64,000 nt of DNA from Lama glama. Taxonomy: Eukaryota. The stretch covers positions 13,270,001 through 13,334,000 of the forward strand of contig CM052816.1 of assembly GCA_028534125.1 (NCBI GenBank), given 5' to 3'. Made by a program: the position numbers and the translations under genes. This document shows, one piece after another, positions 1 to 11,226 of the stretch (its first letter is position 1; every line of letters begins with the position of its first letter). Under the pieces are notes generated by a model, which saw only the letters and a list, made by a program, of their open reading frames with translations, was not told the origin of the DNA and ran no database searches.

Positions 1-754
1 AACCCTGCTAAAACGAGAGGCTTACAGTAGCCAAATAGTTCACATCCCCAGTTACATAAGAATAAAGTCAAAAGCACCTGGGCGGGTGGGTGCTGGCTCT
101 TCATGCTGCCTGTGCCTGGGCTTTTTACCTGAGATGTCGTGAGCCCAGGGGAACGTGGGCAGATAAAGGCAGCTCAACCTGGAGAAGGGCAATGGTGCGA
201 TGGAAAGAATCCTGTGGAAGAAAAGGCTCCCTTAAGGTCCTGCATCTGTAGGGCTTCAAGTCCTTATCTAAGAACTTACCTGAGGTTCTTTCTCACTCTG
301 AACAATATAATTGTTACTGCAGTTGTGAGACAGTAAGGCTATGCTCTAACTCCCTTCTGCTTGTAACTTTTTCAGTTTATTTCTCCCACTGCTCTTCTGT
401 GTCAAGTATGAGAACTTCTTCAGCTTCCTGTAATCATCTAAGTTTACTTTTTTGTTTCTCCTAATGGGTAATAATTTTTCCCATTTTGCCGTAGAAAAAT
501 TCTTATTGGCACAGACCTAATTTTAGGGAGCCTCACTAGAAAGCCACATAACATTGAGGGTTTCCGAAAATACGGTAGTAGAGCGTTGTGCCTACTTTAA
601 AAGGGGAAAAGTAGGCAAAAGTTTAAAAGAAAAATACCAGTCCTTGCCCTGTGTTTTGCATCTCTTGTATATTCATTCAGAGACTGTAAAGGAATTAACA
701 TGATTTCTTTTGAAATAAGGATTTTTTTCTGTTTTTTTAAAAAGCACTGTATAC

Positions 755-1850
755 TTTTTTGTGTCTGTATATATTGAAGTATAGTCAGTTTACAGTGTTG
801 TGTCCATTTCTGGTGTACAGCACAATGCTTCAGTCATACATGAACATAAATACTTGTTTTTATATTCTTTTTCACCGTAAGTTACCATGAGATACTGAAT
901 ATAGTCCCACGCGCTATACAGTAGAAACTTATTTATCTATTTTATATACAGTAGTTGGTATCTGCAAATCTCGATCTCCCAATTTATCCCGTGCCACCTC
1001 ATTCCCACCCCGGGTAACCATAAGTTTGTTTTCTATGTCTGTGATTCGGTTTTTGTTTTGTAAATAAGTTTGTGTTTTTTTTTTCTTTTTAGATTCCATG
1101 TATAAGTGATATCATATGGTATTTTTCTTTCTCTTTCTGGCTTACTTCACTTAGAATGACATTCTCCAGGTCCATCCATGTTGCTGCAAAAGGCATTGTT
1201 TTATTATTTTTTATGGCTGAGTAGTATTCCATTGTATAAATATATCACAGCTTCTTTTATCCAGTCATCTGTCGATGGGCATTTAGGCTGTTTCCATGTC
1301 TTGGCTATTGTATATAGTACTGCTATGTACATTGGTGTGCAGGTGTCTTTTTGAATTAAGGCTCCCTCCAAATATATGCCAAGGAGTGGGACTTCTGATA
1401 GGGTAAGTCTATTTTGAGTCTTTTGAGGAGTCTCCATACTATTTTTCACAATGGCTGCACCAAACTGCATTCCCACCACAGTGTAGGAGGGTTCTCTTTT
1501 GTCCACAGCCTCTTCAGCATTTGTCATTTGTGGACTTTTGAATGATGGCCATTCTAGCTGGTGTGAGGTGATGCCTCATTGTAATTTTGATTTGCATTTC
1601 TCTGATAGTTAGTGATATTGAGCATTTTTTTCATGCCGTCTGTTGGCCATTTGTATTTCTTCCTTGGAGAATTGCTTATTTACGTTCTCTGCCCATTTTT
1701 GGAATGGGTTTTTTTTTCTTATTATGCCGTATGAGCTGTTTATATATTCTGGAAATTAAGCTCTTGTCAGTCTCATCTTTTGTAAATATTTTCTCCCATT
1801 TGGTAGGTTGTCTTTTTGTTTTGCTTATGGTTTCCTTTGCTGTGCAAAAT
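755..1850 (-). mobile_element. 5'-truncated LINE-1 (ORF2 C-terminus + 3' UTR), lineage-specific
   Basis: Minus-strand ORFs 1676-1885 (..[19 protein letters not shown]..) and 1204-1527 (..PLLGIY..AKTWKQPKCPSTDDWIK..) are the L1 ORF2 C-terminus; T-rich tail at the left end. Confidence 0.95.
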
Positions 1851-2276
1851 ACTTTTAACTCTTTTGTTCCTCTTTCATAAATCAATTGAGTGAATAATGC
1901 AAACTGATATAGTCAGTTCTCAGAGAAACAGACTGACAGAAATTGTAAAGTGGCAGCATGGTAGTATAACAGATGCTAATCTTTTGACTAGGTTTAAAAT
2001 TTTTTGTGCTTTCCAGAAGTTGACAGTTTACTTGTTAATAAAAATGCATGACCTTTAACTCTTCAAAATATTTTTTTAAAATTTGAGTAAAATTCTAATT
2101 TGTAAAATATGTGTGTGTGTATATAAATTATGTCTCATAAAAATGTTTTACAGACATCTTTCTATGTCAAAGTAAATCTCTTTCTAACTGCGAAATGAAT
2201 GTACTATATTTAACCAGATTTCCATTGAATTTAGATTAACTCACTTTTTGCTACTCTGTTGTCACAGTGTGCATCC

Positions 2277-2302
2277 GTGTGTGTGTGTGTGTGTGTGTGT
2301 GT
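2277..2302. repeat. (GT)13 microsatellite
   Basis: Direct reading. Confidence 0.97.
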
Positions 2303-2859
2303 ATACATAAATTTCCCCCTCGCTCTTCCAAGTGTTTCCATAGGTTTAAGTCTTTGAAAGGAACAGTTTTGAAATTGCCCTAAGTAATATTAGAAGCATT
2401 AAATAGCATTTTTGTCTTTTTCTTTAAAAACTATGTGTCATCTGTGCGGCCAGTTTTCAATATATTCTGCAAAAAATGCCTGAAATCTTCAATTTAAGAG
2501 CAGGAGGGATGACTAGACTTCCTTAGCTGAAAGAGTGAGGGCCTGACAAGCATTTTAGAGAAGTGTATTCAAATATAGTTGCTGACCTGGTGTCAGCCTG
2601 AAGCCTGCCAAGGCAATGTGTTGACTCCAGCGTCTGCCTGCAAGCCAGCATCCCGTTACTGAGATCTGTGGTTTCCATCGCTCCATGATAGCCATCCCAA
2701 GTTACAAGATGGGGGCCTCTGAAAATAGGTGGACGTTGAAGACCCAAGGAGCTTGGGAAAAGAAGCACAATCTAGATAGTAAATGAAAACATGACTGGAG
2801 AATTCATGTCTCTTTTTCTGGCCCTCTTTTGGATTCACCGCACATTTTTAATCCTTTGA

Positions 2860-3200
2860 TTTCGTTTACTGCTATGTTATGCCTTTGAATGAAAGTAGTA
2901 CATTTATCTGTCCTCCTGTAAATGGACATTTGGGTTTTTCCCGGGTTTATGCCAATTTGAACGATGCTGCTGTGAAAATGTATCCTGGTGTACATACTGT
3001 CAGAGTGCTTTTTGGGAACGATGTGCAGAAGTGGAGTAACTAGGTCAGCAGGTGTACACGTCTACAGGTTCTGGACTGTGCCATGCTGTTTCCAAGCGCT
3101 GTTAATACTGTTCTTTTTGCCCCACATTCTCACCAGCGTGTGTAGTGCTAGCCTTTTACTTTCGTGCCAGTTTGGTGGATGTGAAATACTTACGTTTCGT
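2860..3200 (-). mobile_element. Ancient L1M 3'-region fragment
   Basis: atggacatttgggttttt..gctgctgtgaaaat..cccacattctcaccagc resembles the antisense of old L1M(C/E) 3' ends. Confidence 0.65.
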
Positions 3201-5639
3201 TTTTTTCATGGTACCATCCAAGTAGATTTTTAAAACTATTTTAAAAATTAAGGCAGTTTTTTGAGTTTTACTATAATACAGAAATTGAGGTTAGGACTTG
3301 GAATAAACATTGGTTACAAAAGTGCCTAAAAGAAAATTTTTTTTGTATTCTGGAGCTACTCTGCCTCATTGAATAAAGCTGGTATGTTAAATTATGCATG
3401 TGTGGTTCAGAAGTCGAGCAATAGCTGTACTTACAGAGCAGAATGATAGCAAGCTATTTCTGAATGACTGTTCAGGGGATGCTCGTGGGTCAGTGTCAGC
3501 CTCCCCTAGCTTTCACATGCTCAAAGTTCCAGCGAGGTTTAAGCCTCTTGTTAGATGAGCATGATGGTGACTAGCTGGGTTAGAACACACAGGGCGCTGC
3601 CGCAGGAGATCTGAAATTTACCAATAAGTGTTAACTAAGGGCTGAGGAAGAGAGGCCGGGGAGAGGCAGGAGAGGCGCAGTTCCGCAGTTTGGGGGTAGG
3701 TAAGATGATTCTTTGGGAAAGGAAACAATGCGATGAGTATTTTACCCGAGCAACAGTGGCACGGACAATGGTAAGTTATCGCAAAGAACTCTTAAAATAC
3801 ACACATTTCCATTTTTGATCTCCTTTAATGATAATGCTAAAAGAAAAATGTCATTCACCAGTGCTTTATTGATAAAGAGGAAAAAAGATCAGAGAGGTGA
3901 AACAAGTTGACCAAAGACACCCATCTGGTAAGTGACAGAGATGTGGTGTGTCCTCAGGGCTCTTCCTCCGAGGCCCACAGGTCCTTTGCTCCGTGCTTTT
4001 CCGACTCCCGAGCAACACAGCTGCTGTTTCTGCTGTGGATAACGTGCCATCAAGCACTGATCTCTGCCTTCTGAGCACTCTGATGTTCTGGTCAGGACTC
4101 TGAAAAGCCAGATTCCTGCTCAGGAACTTACAGCCTTAACAGAACTCCAAAAAAAGACGGATATGAAACAAGAAGAGAATCAAAATGATTTTTAATGAAA
4201 TGTTAGATTATGCAGTAAAAATGAGCTTTAGTTGGACCTTCCAGAGTGGAATACAAGTGTGAGAATTGAATTGAAATTTATTTTCAAGATGCAAATTGAG
4301 TTTTCTTTGAAGAAAAACACTTCTCACTCTGGTATTTAAGGTGCTACTCATTTGGTAACTTCTGGTAGCCATGTAATTTAACGGTGGATGTACATATAAT
4401 GTAAAAGAAAAATATTTATTTTTAAAGACCAATACTCAAATCTGAAAGATTTTCCTTTTCTGGTCTTTGGCCAATTAAGGACTCCTTTAGTAAGACTCAC
4501 AGTAAACTTTTAGTTTCCTGTATTTCTATACTTTAATTAATAACCCCATATGCTTTGCATGTGACTTTTTCACTCGGCTGTGGTCTGAAGAATTCATGGA
4601 CATTTAAAGGACAGATTTTAACAGCTTTATTCTGAACCTGTACATCTCTAGTGTCAGACTGCCTGTGTTGCTTTCAGATACTAAGCTTCTAGCCACTTAC
4701 AGTTCCTGATAAGTTGCTTTTCTATAGATCTAATTTCACTTTCTTTATCCTTGAGTTTTTTTTTTTCTTCCCTTGCTATTTTCCTGAATTCTTGAGAGTC
4801 AGCAAAAACTTCCAAGTGGGAACTTTGAGGCTTTCATCATAAAGCTGTTCAGGTCAGTAGGTGTTTGAGTCGGGGTAGAACTAGTTGCCTGGAGTCAGAC
4901 CAGTATACGTCAGCTAAATCGGCCCATCATTGCTAAAACCTGGGAGGACCAGTGTGTTGCGATATACAGATCTGTAGCCAGTGTCCTTAATGTATTGGCT
5001 GCTTGTCTTAGGGCTCCTTTCTCTAAATACGCAGCTTAAGAAATTCATTGTCCTTTTTTTTCCCGAAAGAGAGATTCTCAGAATTAACTTAGCGCCCCTT
5101 ATTTGAAGTAAAGTTGACCAAATCATTATGACATATTTATAAGTAGAGAATTTTTGGAAAGGATGAGGATAATGCTCATCACACCTCAGAGTTAAGATCT
5201 TGTAGGTCTTTTAAAAAGAAAGTTAATGGGCTTCCTCAGCCTGGAGACTGTGCCAGTGATAGCACCTTGTCATGGGCTTCTGGCTGCCAGCCCAAGATGA
5301 CATAAAGACAGCTAGAGAAAGTAAGCTTAGTAAGTTGGTGGTGTCTGCAGCGTGTTTCAGAGCTACTTGGTAGTGCTGTGTTTCAGCGCCTACCAGAAAC
5401 GCCATCTCTTTGGAGAGCTGGGGGAAGAGGGTTTGGAGGGACCGCTATGAAGAAGATCCCTTGAGCTGTGTTAGTGAATATTGTAATAGTATCTTAACCA
5501 AAGAGCCAGATTCCACTTTAATCTCCTTTTCCATTAATTTTTTAACTTTGTTCATTTTTAAAAACCCTCCATTGAAATACATTCCTTACTACGCAAGGGA
5601 TTACTTAATATTAAGACCTTTTGCAAACTGTATTACTGT

Positions 5640-5800
5640 TTGATCTTCATAATCTGGAGAAGTACTTAGAGGATATTAAAATTTATCCTTGTTTTTTGGA
5701 ATAAGGAAACAGGTTCAGAGAGATTCAGTGACTTGGATGTTAACTCACCAGAGCCAGGATTTGAAACTAGGTCATTACTTCTGGTCTGTGCTTTCTGCCT
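5640..5800 (-). mobile_element. MIR SINE fragment
   Basis: ataaggaaacaggttcagagagattcagtgactt..agagccaggatttgaaactagg matches the MIR core in antisense. Confidence 0.7.
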
Positions 5801-6553
5801 CACAGGACTATAAACAGAATTATTTATTTCTCATAATTTTCATTCGGAAGTGCATCTGTTTTGCAAATTGAGTCATTTATGCCCATGTTCATGGTTTTCA
5901 AACACTTTAATCCAAAAGGAGCTCCCTTTGAAAGGTGAACACCTTTTATCTCATCTTTCAAGGAAAAGTAAAAAAAAACTAGTGACCGGTCAGATTCCAG
6001 TTCCAGGGAGGAGAGTAGAAAAGACACAGAGGGACCGGTGTGCTCACAGCTCTCGTGCAGCGACACACGTTATCATGTAGAGTCTCCACAGCAGGACGCA
6101 CACACGGCCTTCTTTCACCTAGCCAGTTTTGAAGTCCTGGATCTCAATCCCCAAAGTCATAATCTTATCTTCTCCAGCGAGTGGAGGTAAATATACAATA
6201 GGAAGGGGATTTCCACAAATGAAACCTCCTTAAAGTAAGTTCTAAAAACACTGTGATGGCATTCAGATTTCCCAAAATCCTTGTATCTAATATGGTCGAA
6301 CTCTAATCAGAAAAAAGAACCTTACTTGAATTGCAGAATCTTCACGATATCTTAAAATAGGTGATCTTTATGGTACACTCTGAAGTTGAAGCTGATACGT
6401 GAATACCCCTTCAGCATATGATTTGATATTGCCAAAATGAATGAAAAATAAGAACTCTAGTAAGTTTGGAGTACTATATTTTGAAATGATATAATGTAAT
6501 CTTGCATGATCGATTATCTTCTCCTACTTAATAGATTCCACTTCACCTTAAGA

Positions 6554-6655
6554 CAGGGCTTTTCCGCCTCAGCCCTATTCACATTTTGAACTGAGTAATT
6601 CTTTGTCGTTGGGGGACGTTCCGTTCATTGCAGGATGTTTACCGGTATCCTTGGC
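6554..6655 (-). mobile_element. MER20 (hAT-Charlie) DNA transposon, one half only
   Basis: cagggcttttccgcctcagccctattcacattttg..taattctttgtcgttggggg..cattgcaggatgttta..atccttggc matches the reverse complement of the MER20 3' half, starting at its terminal repeat. Confidence 0.8.
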
Positions 6656-8670
6656 AATCCTTAATCTTACTTTCTGCCGCTATGAATTTGCCTGTGCTGG
6701 AAGTTTCATATAAATTGTATGCAATAAGTGACTTTTGTATCCGCCTTCCTTCATTTAGTATGTTTTCAAGGTTCATCTGTGTTGTCACATTTAACAGTAG
6801 TTCATTCCTTTGTATGACTAAATGATGCTCGTCATGTGACTGTACCACATTTTGTTCCTTCACTGAACTGATGAGACATTAGGTTGTTTCCACTTTCTGG
6901 TCATCATGAATAACGCTGTTGTGAACATTCATGTGTAAGTTTTGGCGTGGACATGTGTTTTCTGTTTTGTGTGTAGACACCTAAGAGGAGAAGTGCTAAA
7001 TGGATACCTTAACCTTTTGAGGAATCGCCAAACCGCTTTCCACAGTGGCTGCACCATTTTCCAATCCCATAAGCAACATTTCAGAATTCCGATTTCTCAG
7101 AATTATTGCCCATATTTGTTATCATCTGTCTTTTTTATAACAGCCATCTGAGTGGGTGTGGCTATCTCACTGTAGTTCTGATTTGCTTCGCACATGATTC
7201 ATGTGATTGAGCATCGTTTCCTGTGCTTCTTGGCCATTTGTATATCTTCGGAAAAAGATCTGTTCAAATCTTTTGCTTTTTTTTTTTTAATTGGGTTGTC
7301 TTTTTATTGTTGTTTTTAAGAGTTCTTTATATATTCTGAATACTATTAGACCCTTACCAGATACATGATATGCAGACATTTTTTTCCCATTCTGAGGGTC
7401 GTCTTTTCATTTTCTTGATAGTGTTAAGTCACAAAAGTTTTTTTATTTTAATGGAGTACAGTTTATCCGTTTTTTTTTTCTTTGATTACTTGTGTTTTTG
7501 GTGTCACATCTTTTTTAAAAAGTGCCTAATCCAAGGTCACAGACTTTTCACCTATGTTTCCTTGTAAGGTTTTTATGGTCTTAGTTCTTACATTTAACTC
7601 TTTGATCCAATTTCAGTTAATTTTTATGCATGGTGTGAGGTATATCTTTACATATAAATATCCGCTTGGCCCACGACCATTTGTTGAAAAGACTTCTCTC
7701 TCCACTGAATGATTTCAGTACCCTTGTCGAAGTCAATTAATCATAAATGTGTGGGTTTATTTCAGGGGTCTCAATTCTATTCCATCGGGCTGTGTGTCAG
7801 ATCTTATGCCAGTACCATATTTTTTTTTAACTGAGTTATAGTCGTTTTACAGTGTTGTGTCAAATTCCAGTGTAGAGCACAATTTTTTAGTTATTCAGGA
7901 ACATGCATATATTCATTGTCACATTCTTTTTCGCTGTGAGCGAAAGATCTTGTATATATTTCCCTGTGCTATACAGTATAATTTTATTTATCTATTCTCC
8001 ATATGCCTGTCAGCATCTACAAATTTCAAACTCCCAGTCAGTCCCTTCCCAACGCCCCTCTCCCCTGGCAACCACAAGTTTGTATTCTATGTCTGTGAGT
8101 CTGTTTCTGTTTTATGTTTATGTTCTTTTTTTTTTAGATTCCACATAGGAGTGCGATCTCATATGGTATTTTTCTTTCTCTTTCTGGCTTACTTCACTTA
8201 GAATGACATTGTCCAGGGACATCCATGTTGCCGCAAATGGCGTTATGTTGTCGTTTTTTATGGCTGAGTAGTATTCCATTGTATAAATATACCACCTCTT
8301 CTTTATCCAGTCACCTGTCAGTGGACATTTAGGCTGTAGAGTAATGCAACAGACTTTTGTGTTATTTTGTATCCTGCAACTGAACTTGTTTATTAGCTTT
8401 AATCGGTTTTTTTGGATAGATTACCTAAGATTTTCTGTATATAAGATCTTGTCATCTGCAAGGAGAGATAGTTTTATTTTTTCCTTTCCAGTCAGGGTGC
8501 TTTTTACTTCTGCTTCCTGCCGAATTGCCCTAGCTCGAACCTGCAGTGTAATGCTGCACACCAGTGGTCAAAGTGGGCATGCTGGTGTTGGTACTGAACT
8601 CAGGGGACAAACTTGCGGTTTAGGTATGTTGTTAGCTGTAGGTTTTTCACAGATGTCTGTATCAGTTTGA
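6656..8670 (-). mobile_element. Old L1M element (3' UTR/ORF2), interrupted by a younger L1
   Basis: Minus ORF 6639-6863 (..RNELLLNVTTQMNLENILNE..) and degenerate ORF2 antisense sequence to 7818, resuming at about 8338-8670. Confidence 0.85.
7820..8337 (-). mobile_element. Young 5'-truncated L1 3' end nested in the older L1M
   Basis: Poly-T at 7820, then sequence highly similar to the 3' UTR of the L1 at 19890-20400 (gtgtcaaattccagtgtagagcacaattttt..cttacttcacttagaatgacatt). Confidence 0.92.
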
Positions 8671-11105
8671 AAAAGAAACGTCAGTAGGTGGAGCAATGTC
8701 ATTAATGTTTGATTAAATGTTATACGTTAAACCAAGCTTGGTACCAGTTTTAGCAACTATGTGATTAAACACCTGTATGTTTTATTCTTATCCTGATGTT
8801 GTTCTTTTAATGTGGCAGTAGAAAATTTCAGATTAGTCTAAAGTTAATCAGCAAAGACAGCTGAAAGTCTGAGAGTAGTTTGAATATTTTGTTTCTAAAT
8901 AATTTAACAGTGGTCTAGTACGCTACTCCTATAGAAATGTAAGCTTGAGAAAGCTTGAAGACGTCAACCTCTTTAAAGTTATCACCTTGCATTGTACATG
9001 TCTTTTAAAGCTGACTCAAGTCCTTTCTGAAATAAGGCTGGCATATTTTATGAATTTATAAAAAATTGCTTGATAAAGTTGCAGAGAAAAAAACATGTTT
9101 CAAAACTGAATCACTTACAAGCCACTAGAAGCACAAATAGTGGCAGAGATGAGAAATCATGCATTTAATATTTTTCAAAATTTTGATTAAAAATTGTGCT
9201 ATGAAAAATACTTTGGATAATTGTGCTTTAATCAGGTGTATGAAAAATCTGGCTTTTCTTTTGCAACGTAATAGCTTTTCAGTGTGCCACACTGTGGTTT
9301 TTAAGATTTTAATTACTCAACAAGGTAGGCTGAAACCACAGACACTACTTAAATTATGCATTCGTATGTGCTTTTTCTGTGAAGTACATGAAACTCAGAC
9401 CCTCTTTTTTGAAATTCTGAAATGGGTCTTATTTTTTTCAATAGAATTAAAAGCTTGATTTTTTAAAAATATCCAGATTAAGGAAACGGTTGTGCACTTT
9501 GCTACATTTCTCTGTTAGCCTTGACTATATATATACTGTGTGGTCTGTTAATTAATAAAGGCTTCAGGATTTATGACTGGCAGAGGTCACTGAGTACTTT
9601 GGGAAATGAGAGAAAAAAGCTTTTGTTGAGGATAGTTGAAGAAGATTTGAAGGCAGAAAAAAAGGGGGCAGAGTAAGAAAAAATCTAGAGGCTGATTATA
9701 GGCCGTCAGAACATATATGTTAATTGAATGAGTGAGTGAATGAATGAACCTGGCATGTTGAGGGACGATGAGAACCCATACTGACTGGAAGACAGTTCCT
9801 GTAAGAAATTAGTGAGAGAGATGTTACAGTCCACATTTTAATGGGCTGTGTTAAAGTTTGGGCTTTATTTTTATAAGGAGAAGGTTTGATAGAGGTTTGG
9901 AAATGAGATTTGTAGCTGATCATATAGTGTGAGGTTTTAGGACAGTGGTTTGCAAACTCTGTTTGAATATAAAGTTTGATGGTAAACCTGGATTCCAATT
10001 TCAGTTTTACTGGTTTTAGCAAGACAATTTCATTGTTTCCTTCATCATATAGGAAGCAATGAGAATCCATATAGGAAGCAATCATGTCACTGACTGTTTC
10101 CTATATGGATTAATGCTATAAATTTGAATGTATACAACATACTGTATGAGTATAATGTCACTTTTACCTGTTTTAAGCAGTGGGAGTTGTGCAAGAGGTT
10201 TAGTTTTTGAAAAGAAAGGATTTTGCTGCTAAGGACTTGAAAACTCATATTTTAAGAGGATGGATTAGAATAGGTTAAAACCAAGGCAAAGAGAATGGTT
10301 AGGAGGCTCTTGTGTTCAGATTTCTTTGCTAACATTTACACAATAGAATTCCTTTCATAAATATTTAATGGTACCAGATATTAGACGGTTGTAACGGCTT
10401 AAGTGTTCAAAGGATGCTGTCATATTCATGGTTCATGATCTCATTGTCATTAAGCATTTCCCTCTTCAAAACTGAGTCATTTACTTGTATGCAATAGTTG
10501 CAGTTAATGTAGACGTCCTGGAGCATGCCTTGCGTTCTTAGGTGCTCCGGTGACCTGTTCACTGCTGAGCTGACGTGGGTCTTTGATGGGCAGTTCTCTG
10601 TAAATTAAGTGTTAAATAGTGATGTGTTTTGGAAAATGGCAGCAAAGTATTTGAAAAGGTGAATAAAGAAGCAGAAAGAGTAGAACCCAACAGTTACATA
10701 AAATGTTTTATGGAATGGGGTGGTGAACAGCCGCTGGTAAGAGAGGATATGAAGAGATGTCTGCCTTCATTTCCTTGTGGTCCAGCCCCACTCAGCCAAA
10801 TTTTAACATGCTTTACGCAAAATAAACTTCCTACGCAGGAGCACGCGGTAACCTAAAGATCGAGACCTCTTAAGTGGGCTGTTTTCAAGTGAAGGAAGTG
10901 ATGTTCATCTGGCTTGAATAGATACTTGGTCAAGAAAATATCTGCTTAAGTTTTTTCTTGTTTGCCTCAGGTTTTTTGATTAGCTATTAACCAGAATTTC
11001 AGAACTAGTCTTAGTTCACAAGTATATGAGGGAAGGGAAGGCTTCGGGGAAGATGAGAGGATACTGTACGAAGTAGATGTGCACCTTAAAAGAAGAAATG
11101 GTTGC

Positions 11106-11184
11106 GGGGGAGGGTAACAGCTTAGTGGTATAGGGCGTGCTTGGCATGCACCAGGTCCTGGGTTCGGTGCGCAGTACCTCCGTT

Positions 11185-11222
<38 letters not shown>

Positions 11223-11226
11223 CAAA
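11106..11226 (+). mobile_element. tRNA-derived SINE of Vic-1 type (camelid) with (AC)16 tail
   Basis: ggggagggtaacagcttagtggta..gcatgcaccaggtcctgggttc..cagtacctcc: A-box/B-box tRNA-like head; (AC)16 at 11187-11218. Confidence 0.85.

Noticed and set aside
11106..11185. Possible tRNA gene (also 41128-41200)
   Set aside because: The B-box is degraded, no acceptor stem closes, and SINE-type tails follow; these are tRNA-derived SINEs.
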